The translations under genes were made by a program, and so were the position numbers. The notes under the pieces are model-generated. The model made no database searches. It was not told the DNA's origin and saw only the letters and a list, made by a program, of their open reading frames with translations. From Escherichia coli (GTDB lineage Bacteria > Pseudomonadota > Gammaproteobacteria > Enterobacterales > Enterobacteriaceae), in NCBI RefSeq assembly GCF_001677475.2, contig NZ_CP015229.1: DNA of 64,000 bases; one strand, written 5' to 3'. The stretch's first letter is position 1, and every line of letters starts with the position of its first letter. This document shows, in pieces, positions 8,834 through 20,910 of the stretch.

Positions 8834-11134
8834 ATGGAAAGAAAATTTTTGAGATTAAGTGCTGCGATAATTGGCTTGGGGTTATTATGTTTTTACCAGG
8901 CAAATACAGCATCGGCTACAGATACAGTAACCAGTAAGTCTTCCTCTGGAGAAGTATTACCATCTATCCAGAAGACAAATATCTCTGCTTATGAGAAAGA
9001 GTCGTCTCGCCATTTTAAACTCCCATTTACACAAATCGCACCAGCTCCAGGAAACATAGTCCTGAATGGCGTTAACCCACAGGGGCAAATTGAGTTTGGT
9101 ATGCGTAGCGATGAAATAGTATCAGAAGCAAAACTAAAACTTGAATACACTACATCACCGTCGCTGATCCCTGTCCAGTCACAGCTTAAGGTCTATCTTA
9201 ATGACGAGTTGATGGGGGTATTGCCGATTACCAAAGAACAACTGGGGAAGAAAACGCTGGCGGAAATAACTCTTAACCCATTGTATTTTTCTGATTTTAA
9301 TCGCTTGCGCCTCGAATTAATTAGTCACTACCAGAGCGCCTGTGAAAACCCGACCAGCAGCAATTTGTGGCTTGATATTGGACGTACCAGTGAACTTGAA
9401 CTGGTATTTCAGAGACTTAATCTGAAAAATGATCTTTCATATTTTCCTGTACCGTTTTTTGACCCGCGAGATAACCGCACTAATACATTGCCGATGGTTT
9501 TTGCAGGTACTCCTGAGACTGGTTTGCAGCAGGCATCAGCTATTGTCGCTTCGTGGTTTGGTGCGCAATCTGGCTGGCGTGGTCACCGATTTCCGGTTTT
9601 CTATAACCAGTTACCGGAAAGTAATGCAGTGGTCTTTGCCACTAACAATAGACGCCCGGACTTTCTGCGCGAGCATCCGTTGGTGAATGCGCCTGTTATT
9701 AAAATGATCAGTCATCCACAAAATCCTTTTATCAAATTGCTGGTACTTTTGGGCCGCGATGACAAAGATTTATTACAGGCGGCAAAAGGCCTTGCACAGG
9801 GAAATATACTTTTTCGCGGCGATAGTGTGATCGTAAATGAAGTGACGCCGTTACTGCCGCGTAAACCTTATGATGCGCCAAACTGGGTACGCACTGACCG
9901 TCCTGTAACTTTCGCAGAGCTTAAAAATTATGAAGGGCAGTTACAGGCAAGTGGCCTGGAGTCTGCGGCAATTAATGTTTCATTTAATTTGCCACCTGAT
10001 CTTTTTCTATTGCGTAATCGTGGGGTTGATATGAAGATTAACTATCGCTATACCACGCCAACGATAGGTGGTTCACGCATGGATGTCAGCCTTAATAACC
10101 AGTACCTTGAATCTTTCCGGCTAAGTCCGCAATCTGCTACCGATAGATTGTTGTTACGTTTACCGTTATTGCAAGAATTGTTGGATGGTAATAATGGAAT
10201 TACCATTCCTGCGCTGACGTTGGGGGCGCTTAATCAATTGCGATTTAATTTTGAGTACATTAATACAATGCCGCGTTCTGATGCTGATAGCTGTATTATT
10301 TCCAGGCCTCTAAAAAATCATGCGGTTATTGCAGATGATTCCACTATCGATTTTTCAAAGTACCATCACTTTATCGCAATGCCAGATTTACGCGCTTTTG
10401 CCAGCTCAGGCTTTCCATTTAGCCGCATGGCCGATCTATCAGAAACGGTTGTGGTTATGCCTGAAAATCCTGGTACAACGCAAGTTGAAACATTATTAAA
10501 TACCCTTGGACTGATTGGTGCTCAAACTGGATTTCCGGCAATTAATCTGACAATTACTGATGATATAGGTTCTGTCCAGGGTAAGGATTCAGATATTCTG
10601 CTTATAGGAACACTTCCGCAAGAATTTGCAGATAAACAGCAAATTAATCTGCTCATTGAGGCAACAACGAGTTGGGTAAAAAGCCCAATGCGGAACACTG
10701 ATTACGCAAAAATTATGGCAGATAAAAACGATCAAAAACCTGAAATACAAACAACTATAAATTCCCCATTGCCAATGGCGGCGATAGTTGGTTTTCAGTC
10801 CCCATATCATGCCCAACGTAGCGTAATTGCTTTAATGTCCGAGGGATCACGCGGCGATACGCTACTCAACAATGCGTTAATTAATAGTACAAAACGCGGC
10901 AATATTTTTGGTTCAGTCGCGGTTATTCGCGAATCTGGCGTCAATAGTTTACAGGTTGGAGATACTTATTACGTTGGGCATCTCCCCTGGATTGAACGAG
11001 TGCAATATGTGTTAGCCAGACACCCCATTCTACTGGCAGTCCTGGCAACTCTCAGTGTGGTGCTATTGGCGTGGGTAGTATGGCGTCTGTTACGTAACAT
11101 TAGTCGCCGTCGTCTGAACCCTCATCAACAGTAA
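8834..11134 (+). CDS. BcsB-like periplasmic subunit with signal peptide and C-terminal membrane anchor
   Basis: ORF-track 8798..11134 opens at a TTG; ATG at 8834 gives a classical signal peptide (MERKFLRLSAAIIGLGLLCFYQANTASA). About 770 aa with a C-terminal hydrophobic helix followed by RRRLNP, the typical BcsB size and topology. Confidence 0.8.
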   Translation: MERKFLRLSAAIIGLGLLCFYQANTASATDTVTSKSSSGEVLPSIQKTNISAYEKESSRHFKLPFTQIAPAPGNIVLNGVNPQGQIEFGMRSDEIVSEAKLKLEYTTSPSLIPVQSQLKVYLNDELMGVLPITKEQLGKKTLAEITLNPLYFSDFNRLRLELISHYQSACENPTSSNLWLDIGRTSELELVFQRLNLKNDLSYFPVPFFDPRDNRTNTLPMVFAGTPETGLQQASAIVASWFGAQSGWRGHRFPVFYNQLPESNAVVFATNNRRPDFLREHPLVNAPVIKMISHPQNPFIKLLVLLGRDDKDLLQAAKGLAQGNILFRGDSVIVNEVTPLLPRKPYDAPNWVRTDRPVTFAELKNYEGQLQASGLESAAINVSFNLPPDLFLLRNRGVDMKINYRYTTPTIGGSRMDVSLNNQYLESFRLSPQSATDRLLLRLPLLQELLDGNNGITIPALTLGALNQLRFNFEYINTMPRSDADSCIISRPLKNHAVIADDSTIDFSKYHHFIAMPDLRAFASSGFPFSRMADLSETVVVMPENPGTTQVETLLNTLGLIGAQTGFPAINLTITDDIGSVQGKDSDILLIGTLPQEFADKQQINLLIEATTSWVKSPMRNTDYAKIMADKNDQKPEIQTTINSPLPMAAIVGFQSPYHAQRSVIALMSEGSRGDTLLNNALINSTKRGNIFGSVAVIRESGVNSLQVGDTYYVGHLPWIERVQYVLARHPILLAVLATLSVVLLAWVVWRLLRNISRRRLNPHQQ

Positions 11135-11246
11135 TTCATCATCATTTCTATTTTGCGGCTCCATTCTGTCCTGACTTTATACAGGCAGGGAGCTGCGCCC
11201 GTTCTGTTTTTAATAAAAAGTGAGTTAACACCTGATTGAGGCAGGC

Positions 11247-14200
11247 ATGTACAAATTCACCCTAAATTTACTCACAATATCCCTTGGTTTGGCGGTAATG
11301 TCGATGGCGAAAGCCACACCAACTGTACACAAGCTGTTAATGGCGCAGATTCGGTTAGGCGAAGACATTCATCGTGAAGATCTGGTCGAACAGTCGCTTT
11401 ATCGTCTTGAATTGGCGGAACCTGATAATCCAGATGTCGTTGCGGCGCGTTTTCGCTATCTGCTGCGTAAGGGGGATATTGAAGGTGCGCAAAAACAACT
11501 TGCCAGACTTTCCCTGTTCGCTCCTGATTCAAAAATATATAAAGCATCGCGCACGGCCATGCGACTTTCTTCGCCTGAGGGGCGTCAGGCACTGCAAATG
11601 GCACGCTTACAAGCTATCTCCGGGCGACATAAAGAGGCTATCGACAGTTACGACAAGCTATTTAACGGGGCACCGCCAGATATCGAAATGGCGCTGGAAT
11701 ACTGGGGGGCAATGACGCAAATTTCCTCCCGTCGCAACGAAGCGATTCGTCAGTTGAAAATACTTAATATTGATAATCCTGACTCTGGTGCCATATTTGG
11801 GGCGCTGGGGCAGGCGTATTCCCAGAATGGCGATCGCGCTAATGCGGTGGCGAATCTGGAAAAAGCCCTCGCACTGGATCCGCACAGCAGCAACAACGAC
11901 AAATGGAACAGTCTGCTGAAGGTGAATCGCTACTGGCTGGCGATCCAGCAGGGCGATGCTGCGCTGAAAGCCAATAATCCTGACCGCGCAGAGCGTCTGT
12001 TCCAGCAGGCGCGCAATGTCGATAACGCCGACAGCTATGCGGTGCTGGGGCTGGGCGATGTGGCGATGGCGCGCAAAGATTACCCCGCCGCCGAACGTTA
12101 TTATCAGCAGACGCTGCGTATGGACAGCGGCAACACCAACGCCGTGCGCGGGCTGGCGAATCTTTATCGCCAGCAGTCGCCGGAAAAAGCCGAAGCGTTT
12201 ATTGCCTCGCTCTCTGCCAGCCAGCGGCGCAGCGTTGATGACATCGAACGCAGCCTGCAAAACACGCGTTTATCACAGCAGGCAGAGGCACTGGAAAATC
12301 AGGGTAAATGGGCGCAGGCGGCAGCACTTCAGCGCCAGCGACTGGCGCTCGATCCCGGCAGTGTGTGGATTACTTACCGGCTTTCGCAGGATCTCTGGCA
12401 GGCCGGACAACGCAGCCAGGCCGATACGTTAATGCGCCATCTGGCGCAGCAGAAGCCGAACGACCCGGAGCAGGTTTACGCTTACGGGCTGTATCTCTCT
12501 GGTCATGACCAGGACAGAGCGGCGCTGGCGCATATCAACAGCCTGCCGCGCGCGCAATGGAACAGCAATATTCAGGAGCTGGTTAATCGACTGCAAAGCG
12601 ATCAGGTGCTGGAAACCGCTAATCGCCTGCGAGAAAGCGGCAAAGAAGCTGAAGCGGAAGCGATGCTGCGCCAACAACCACCTTCCACGCGTATTGATCT
12701 CACGCTGGCTGACTGGGCGCAACAACGACGTGATTATACCGCCGCCCGCGCTGCATATCAGAATGTCCTGATGCGGGAGCCAACTAACGCCGATGCCATT
12801 CTTGGTCTGACGGAAGTGGATATTGCTGCCGGTGACAAAGCGGCAGCACGTAGCCAGCTGGCGAAACTGCCTGCCACCGATAACGCGTCGCTGAACACTC
12901 AGCGGCGCGTGGCGCTGGCACAGGCGCAGCTTGGCGATACCGCAGCGGCGCAGCAGACGTTTAATAAGTTGATCCCGCAGGCAAAATCTCAGCCGCCGTC
13001 GATGGAAAGCGCGATGGTGCTGCGCGACGGTGCGAAGTTTGAAGCGCAGGCGGGCGATCCAAAGCAGGCGCTGGAAACCTACAAAGACGCCATGGTCGCA
13101 TCCGGTGTGACTACGACGCGTCCGCAGGATAACGACACCTTTACCCGACTGACCCGTAACGATGAGAAAGATGACTGGCTGAAGCGCGGTGTGCGCAGCG
13201 ACGCGGCAGATCTCTATCGTCAGCAGGATCTTAACGTCACCCTTGAGCACGACTACTGGGGATCGAGTGGCACCGGTGGTTACTCCGACCTGAAAGCGCA
13301 CACTACCATGTTGCAGGTGGATGCTCCGTATTCTGACGGGAGGATGTTCTTTCGCAGTGATTTCGTCAATATGAACGTCGGCAGTTTCTCCACTAATGCC
13401 GATGGCAAATGGGATGACAACTGGGGCACCTGTACATTACAGGACTGTAGTGGCAACCGCAGCCAGTCGGACTCCGGTGCCAGCGTGGCGGTCGGCTGGC
13501 GAAATGACGTCTGGAGCTGGGATATCGGTACCACGCCGATGGGCTTCAACGTGGTGGATGTGGTCGGCGGCATCAGTTACAGCGATGATATCGGGCCGCT
13601 GGGTTACACCGTTAACGCCCACCGTCGGCCCATCTCCAGTTCTTTGCTGGCCTTTGGTGGGCAAAAAGACTCTCCGGGCAATACCGGGAAAAAATGGGGT
13701 GGCGTGCGTGCCGACGGCGTGGGGCTAAGCCTGAGCTACGATAAAGGTGAAGCAAACGGCGTCTGGGCATCGCTTAGCGGTGACCAGTTAACCGGTAAAA
13801 ATGTCGAAGATAACTGGCGCGTGCGCTGGATGACGGGCTATTACTATAAGGTCATTAACCAGAACAATCGCCGCGTCACAATCGGCCTGAACAACATGAT
13901 CTGGCATTACGACAAAGATCTGAGTGGCTACTCACTCGGTCAGGGCGGTTACTACAGTCCGCAGGAATACCTGTCGTTTGCCATACCGGTGATGTGGCGG
14001 GAGCGCACGGAAAACTGGTCGTGGGAGCTGGGTGCATCTGGCTCGTGGTCGCATTCGCGCACCAAAACCATGCCGCGTTATCCGCTGATGAACCTGATCC
14101 CGACGGACTGGAAAGAGGATGCCGCCAGCCAGACCAACGACGGCGGCAGCAGTCAGGGCTTTGGCTACACGGCGCGGGCGTTACTTGAGCGTCGCGTCAC

Positions 14201-14354
14201 GTCCAACTGGTTTGTCGGCACGGCGATTGATATCCAGCAGGCGAAAGATTATGCGCCAAGCCATTTCCTGCTCTACGTGCGGTATTCCGCCGCCGGATGG
14301 CAGGGCGACATGGATTTACCGCCGCAGCCGCTGATACCTTACGCCGACTGGTAA
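11247..14354 (+). CDS. BcsC-like export component: signal peptide, TPR repeats, C-terminal outer-membrane beta-barrel (1035 aa)
   Basis: Signal peptide MYKFTLNLLTISLGLAVMSMAKA; TPR-like repeats; Gly/Tyr/Trp-rich C-terminal region ending in aromatic residues; GAGG before the ATG. GC and codon usage change abruptly near 11.8 kb. Confidence 0.8.
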   Translation: MYKFTLNLLTISLGLAVMSMAKATPTVHKLLMAQIRLGEDIHREDLVEQSLYRLELAEPDNPDVVAARFRYLLRKGDIEGAQKQLARLSLFAPDSKIYKASRTAMRLSSPEGRQALQMARLQAISGRHKEAIDSYDKLFNGAPPDIEMALEYWGAMTQISSRRNEAIRQLKILNIDNPDSGAIFGALGQAYSQNGDRANAVANLEKALALDPHSSNNDKWNSLLKVNRYWLAIQQGDAALKANNPDRAERLFQQARNVDNADSYAVLGLGDVAMARKDYPAAERYYQQTLRMDSGNTNAVRGLANLYRQQSPEKAEAFIASLSASQRRSVDDIERSLQNTRLSQQAEALENQGKWAQAAALQRQRLALDPGSVWITYRLSQDLWQAGQRSQADTLMRHLAQQKPNDPEQVYAYGLYLSGHDQDRAALAHINSLPRAQWNSNIQELVNRLQSDQVLETANRLRESGKEAEAEAMLRQQPPSTRIDLTLADWAQQRRDYTAARAAYQNVLMREPTNADAILGLTEVDIAAGDKAAARSQLAKLPATDNASLNTQRRVALAQAQLGDTAAAQQTFNKLIPQAKSQPPSMESAMVLRDGAKFEAQAGDPKQALETYKDAMVASGVTTTRPQDNDTFTRLTRNDEKDDWLKRGVRSDAADLYRQQDLNVTLEHDYWGSSGTGGYSDLKAHTTMLQVDAPYSDGRMFFRSDFVNMNVGSFSTNADGKWDDNWGTCTLQDCSGNRSQSDSGASVAVGWRNDVWSWDIGTTPMGFNVVDVVGGISYSDDIGPLGYTVNAHRRPISSSLLAFGGQKDSPGNTGKKWGGVRADGVGLSLSYDKGEANGVWASLSGDQLTGKNVEDNWRVRWMTGYYYKVINQNNRRVTIGLNNMIWHYDKDLSGYSLGQGGYYSPQEYLSFAIPVMWRERTENWSWELGASGSWSHSRTKTMPRYPLMNLIPTDWKEDAASQTNDGGSSQGFGYTARALLERRVTSNWFVGTAIDIQQAKDYAPSHFLLYVRYSAAGWQGDMDLPPQPLIPYADW

Positions 14355-14395
14355 TGAGGTAGAATCAGAAGGTTAAAACTCGGAAATTAAATCCA

Positions 14396-14438
14396 GTAAA
14401 TCAGCGTCGAGCATGTTCTTAACGCTGATTTACTTTTT
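14396..14438. terminator. Hairpin plus T-run between the convergent BcsC-like gene and pflA
   Basis: GTAAATCAGCGT … ACGCTGATTTAC inverted repeat followed by TTTTT, read directly. Confidence 0.5.
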
Positions 14439-14488
14439 ACTACTAAAGGAAGGGGTGGCAGGTCGGAATTCAGCCTGCACATGATGTT

Positions 14489-15229
14489 TTAGAACATCAC
14501 TTTATGACCATATTGCTCAAGAATCCCTTTCACTCGCTCCATGGTTTCTTTTTTCGGTGGTTTCACACCGTCGAGTTTGTACTCTTCGCCCATCGCCACC
14601 CACTTATGTTTGCCTAACTCATGGTAGGGGAGGAGCTCGATTTTTTCGACGTTACCCATATCGCGAGTAAATTCACCGAGGCGATGAGCTGAATCGTCAT
14701 CGTCAGACCAGCCAGGTACTACGACATAACGTATCCAGACTTTCACATTTTTGTTCGCCAGATATTTAGCAAACTCGAGTGTACGATGGTTGGAAACGCC
14801 TACCAGATTCTGGTGGATTTCGTCGTTCATCTGTTTGAGATCGAGCATTACCAGGTCGGTCACTTCCAGAAGTTCATCAATTACTGGATCGTAACGACGA
14901 ACAAAACCGTTAGTGTCCAGACAGGTATGAATGCCTTCTTTTTTGCAGGCGCGGAACCAGTCGCGAACGAACTCGGCTTGCAGGATTGCTTCACCACCGG
15001 ATGCGGTAACGCCGCCGCCGGAAGCGTTCATAAAGTGGCGATAGGTCACCACTTCCTTCATTAAATCTTCAACGGTAACTTCTTTACCGCCATGCGTATC
15101 CCAGGTGTCGCGGTTATGACAATACAGGCAGCGCATCAGGCAGCCCTGGAAAAAGGTGATAAAGCGAATACCCGGGCCGTCTACGGTTCCACAGGATTCA
15201 AAGGAGTGAATGCGACCAATAACTGACAT
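14489..15229 (-). CDS. pflA: Pyruvate formate-lyase activating enzyme (radical SAM)
   Basis: Protein [20 protein letters not shown] … [10 protein letters not shown] … YGHKVMF; ORF-track frame extends 9 codons upstream, start set at the conserved Met. Confidence 0.95.
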   Translation of the reverse strand: MSVIGRIHSFESCGTVDGPGIRFITFFQGCLMRCLYCHNRDTWDTHGGKEVTVEDLMKEVVTYRHFMNASGGGVTASGGEAILQAEFVRDWFRACKKEGIHTCLDTNGFVRRYDPVIDELLEVTDLVMLDLKQMNDEIHQNLVGVSNHRTLEFAKYLANKNVKVWIRYVVVPGWSDDDDSAHRLGEFTRDMGNVEKIELLPYHELGKHKWVAMGEEYKLDGVKPPKKETMERVKGILEQYGHKVMF

Positions 15230-15420
15230 TGCGGTGTTTCTCCAGATGTGGCCCATCTGAGGCCGTGTTGGTGCGCAGCTCGAAGGCTACGTCGAGTCTG
15301 TTTTGGCAGTCACCTTAAAGTATAGATAGCTGACAAAAAAGGCTCTCGTGCTAAAAAAGGCCCCACTTTCGTGGAGCCTTTATTGTACGCTTTTTACTGT
15401 ACGATTTCAGTCAAATCTAA

Positions 15421-17703
<2,283 letters not shown>

Positions 17704-17757
17704 GTAACACCTACCTTCTTAAGTGGATTTTTTATTTACTGCGTACTTCGACAACCA

Positions 17758-18615
17758 TTAATGGTGATCGTTTTCACGCAGGTAAATGACCCAGTATGTC
17801 AACCCAACCAACAAACCACCGCCGATAATATTACCGATCGTAACCGGAATCAGGTTATCAGTGATGAAGTTCATCACGGTCAGGTGAGAAAAATTTTCCG
17901 GTGCAGAACCGACAGCGGTCCAGAATTCCGGAGATGCGAAGTCGCGGATTACAATACCCATCGGGATCATAAACATGTTTGCGATACTGTGCTCAAAACC
18001 GCTGGCAACAAACATCGCGACCGGCAGCACCATGATAAACGCTTTGTCCATCAGGCTGCGGCCAGAATAGCTCATCCATACTGCCAGGCATACCATCAGG
18101 TTAGCCAGGATACCGAGGCAGACAGCCTCAATAAAAGTATGGTGTACTTTGTGGTCGGCGGTTTGTAGGACGTTTAGTCCCCATTGACCATTTGCGGTCA
18201 TATACTCGCCGGAAAGCCACATTAAAAGTACAAACAGCAGTGCGCCGACCAGGTTGCCAAAATAGACATTTAGCCAGTTTTTAGCCAACTGACCCCAGGT
18301 GATGCGCCCACTCGCCTTAGCAACAACAATCAACACTGTGGAAGTAAAGAGATCGGCTCCGCAGACAACACAAAGAATCAGCCCCAGAGAGAAGCAAATG
18401 CCGCCAACCAGTTTTGCCATGCCGAAGGGCATTGTGCCTGTGCCAGTGGTTGCTGTGATATAGAAGACGAATGCGATTGAGATGAAAACACCGGCGGTAA
18501 TCGCCAGATAGAAAGTCTTAAGCGGATGTTTCGTTGCTTTATAGACACCTGCCTCTTCGGCCACTTTGGCCATTGCTGCAGGAAGTAAAAGATCAAAAGG
18601 GTTGTCAGCTTTCAC
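17758..18615 (-). CDS. focA: Formate channel FocA (285 aa from a GTG start)
   Basis: ORF-track 17758..18789; conserved protein begins at VKADNPFDLLLP, matching a GTG at 18613-18615 on the minus strand. Confidence 0.88.
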   Translation of the reverse strand: MKADNPFDLLLPAAMAKVAEEAGVYKATKHPLKTFYLAITAGVFISIAFVFYITATTGTGTMPFGMAKLVGGICFSLGLILCVVCGADLFTSTVLIVVAKASGRITWGQLAKNWLNVYFGNLVGALLFVLLMWLSGEYMTANGQWGLNVLQTADHKVHHTFIEAVCLGILANLMVCLAVWMSYSGRSLMDKAFIMVLPVAMFVASGFEHSIANMFMIPMGIVIRDFASPEFWTAVGSAPENFSHLTVMNFITDNLIPVTIGNIIGGGLLVGLTYWVIYLRENDHH

Positions 18616-19020
18616 ACTAACTCTCTCTTTATTAAGTCGGCGACGAGATACTAACAAAGCATTATAGATGAGAAATTGATATAGATCATATCTCGCCTGG
18701 CTTATAGGCCCGTAACTCGCATGGTTTTTATGCAAATACGGAGTAAATATTTGATTATCCAAATAAAAATAAATTTTAAAAATTAACAAATGAGTTGAAT
18801 TTTTTCCGCATCCTCCGCTAAAACAGTTAATTAAAAGGGAGCATCAGACAAATAAAGCAACAATATCGATCGTATTTATTAAATACAAATTACCGATATT
18901 TAACTTTATAATTACAATTATTTTATTAATGCAAATATATGTAAAGCGGGGCATTAAAAAAACGCCCCGTAATATAACTCAGACGAATCATTAAGCCTAC
19001 ATTGCGTAGGCTATTTGATT
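18616..19020 (-). promoter_or_regulatory. focA–pflB upstream control region with an FNR-like site
   Basis: AT-rich 400 bp upstream of focA; TTGAT-ATAG-ATCAT at 18676-18689 resembles the FNR consensus TTGAT-N4-ATCAA. Established that focA-pflB is FNR/ArcA controlled; this site assignment is inference. Confidence 0.4.
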
Positions 19021-20781
19021 TTATTTTGCCCAGAATGCTGCTTTGGCGCGCTGCAGCTTTTCGTAGGCTTTTAACAGCGACTGATGCGCCGCAAACGCGT
19101 GCAGATCGCTATCTACCGGTTGCAGGCCATAAAACGCCGCTTCGCCACTCATTGCCGCACTGGCTGCTTCTACCGCGTCTGCGCCGTACATACGAACGAA
19201 GGCATTCAGATATTGCAGCGGCTGGCGATCTTCTTCCTGCGCCAGCAATAACAATGTTTGCAGGCAGCGATAATAGTTGGCGCGTTCCGGACTGAACACC
19301 GATGAGTTAAATTCCATCGTCCATTCAGTCCAGACCAGAGCTTGTTCCAGATCGCCGCCAGCCAGTGCCAGCATTGCTTTTAATTCACCGATACGCAGGG
19401 TATACCAACCGTTATCTGACCCGGTCGCCAGACCTAACAGCTCACGCACGCGGGTAAAGTCATCAAAACCTTCTTCATCCAGTTGCTCGATGAGGTTCAG
19501 GTAATCTTCTTTTTCCCACTCGCTGCCTGGTAGCGAAAGAATCGTTTCACGTAAATGGCTGCCCATACCGTTATTTGCCAGCCATAAATCTTCAGCCGGA
19601 TAAATATCGGACATGCCAGGCACGATAATGCGGCAAGCGTAGACACCCAGATGCTCGTAATCGGCAATATAAACTTCTTTATCTTCCTTTTTGAAGATAG
19701 CCATCAGCGTGGCGAACTCTTCTTCAGTGGTGCCAGAGAAATTCCAGTCCACAAACGGATAATCGGCATCTTGTTTGAAAAGATCCCAGGAGATCAAACC
19801 GCTGGAATCGATAAAGTGCGTTTCGAGGTTAGTATGTTCGGCGACTTCTTCATCATCGAAGGTCGGCGGAGTAAACACATCCAGATCTTTCAGGCCACGA
19901 CCCTGCAGCAGCTCGGTCACGGTACGTTCCAGTGCAACGCCAAAATCAGGATGCGCGCCGAAGGAGGCAAAACAAGTGCCATTGGTCGGGTTGAACAGTA
20001 CGACGCAGATCACTGGATACTGACCGCCAAGCGAGCCGTCATAAGCAAAGATTGGGAAACCTTCCGCTTCCAGTGTTTCGATCGCTTCAACTACAGCCGG
20101 ATAACGTGCAAGCACCTCTGCCGGGATCTCCGGCAAGCTGATGCTTTCAGCAATAATGCGGTTTTTCACGTAGCGTTCGAAAACTTCGGACAACCCCTGA
20201 ACGCGCGCCTCGTTGCGGGTATTGCCAGCGGACATACCATTGGAAACGTACAGGTTACCGATAATATTCATCGGAATATAGACGGTCTGATTGTCAGACT
20301 GGCGCGTAAACGGCAGGCCACATATACCGCGATCGTCATTACCGGATTGCAGATCAATCAGCATACTGCCGGTCAATTCATTTTCCGGGTCGTAAAATGC
20401 GCGCAGACGGTCATCAAGCAGGCCTTCCGGCACATCGTCGTTTTCGGTTAGTGGAAACCATTTTTCGTTGGGATAATGGACGAACGGACCGTTGGCGATA
20501 GTTTCGCCCAGCCAGAAATCAGCAAAAAAGTAGTTGGTTGAGAGACGCTCGAAATATTCACCCAGAGCAGAAGCCAGCGCCGCTTTTTTGGTTGCGCCTT
20601 TACCGTTGGTAAAACACAGCGCGCACTCTTTGTCGCGAATATGTACAGACCAGACGTTAGGCACCGGATTCAGCCAGGAAGCTTCTTCAATCTGAAAACC
20701 GAGGTCGGAGAGTTTTTGCTGGAAGCGAGCGATGGAATCTTCCAGGGCGGCATCTTTGCCGGGGATAAATGTTTGTGTCAT
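19021..20781 (-). CDS. ycaO: YcaO-domain protein (586 aa)
   Basis: Protein begins MTQTFIPGKDAALEDSIARFQQKL; ORF-track frame extends 11 codons upstream. Confidence 0.9.
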   Translation of the reverse strand: MTQTFIPGKDAALEDSIARFQQKLSDLGFQIEEASWLNPVPNVWSVHIRDKECALCFTNGKGATKKAALASALGEYFERLSTNYFFADFWLGETIANGPFVHYPNEKWFPLTENDDVPEGLLDDRLRAFYDPENELTGSMLIDLQSGNDDRGICGLPFTRQSDNQTVYIPMNIIGNLYVSNGMSAGNTRNEARVQGLSEVFERYVKNRIIAESISLPEIPAEVLARYPAVVEAIETLEAEGFPIFAYDGSLGGQYPVICVVLFNPTNGTCFASFGAHPDFGVALERTVTELLQGRGLKDLDVFTPPTFDDEEVAEHTNLETHFIDSSGLISWDLFKQDADYPFVDWNFSGTTEEEFATLMAIFKKEDKEVYIADYEHLGVYACRIIVPGMSDIYPAEDLWLANNGMGSHLRETILSLPGSEWEKEDYLNLIEQLDEEGFDDFTRVRELLGLATGSDNGWYTLRIGELKAMLALAGGDLEQALVWTEWTMEFNSSVFSPERANYYRCLQTLLLLAQEEDRQPLQYLNAFVRMYGADAVEAASAAMSGEAAFYGLQPVDSDLHAFAAHQSLLKAYEKLQRAKAAFWAK

Positions 20782-20910
20782 GAAAATCACTTTAGTCGTA
20801 CGGAAAGCGCGCAATAATACGGGTTTTATCTCAAAGGCGCTATCACCGCCGCCACGCCGGTGAACTGTTGACTATGCTTTTAGCGGATAAATTACGATAA
20901 GAGCATAAAA

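Noticed and set aside
11272-13664. Multiple 66–290 aa ORFs on both strands inside the BcsC-like gene
   Set aside because: High-GC sequence yields long spurious frames; the plus-strand 1035-aa frame with signal peptide, TPR repeats and barrel is the coherent gene.
1779-14488. Possibility that the inserted block is a prophage, integrative element or defence island
   Set aside because: No integrase, recombinase, transposase, phage structural, restriction-modification, toxin-antitoxin or nuclease-like gene is present; the content is entirely c-di-GMP signalling and polysaccharide synthesis/export.
18946-18970. GC-rich inverted repeat CGGGG…CCCCG downstream of ycaO as a terminator
   Set aside because: The 13-nt A-rich loop places the T-run inside the loop on the transcribed strand, so it is not a convincing intrinsic terminator; noted but not listed as a feature.
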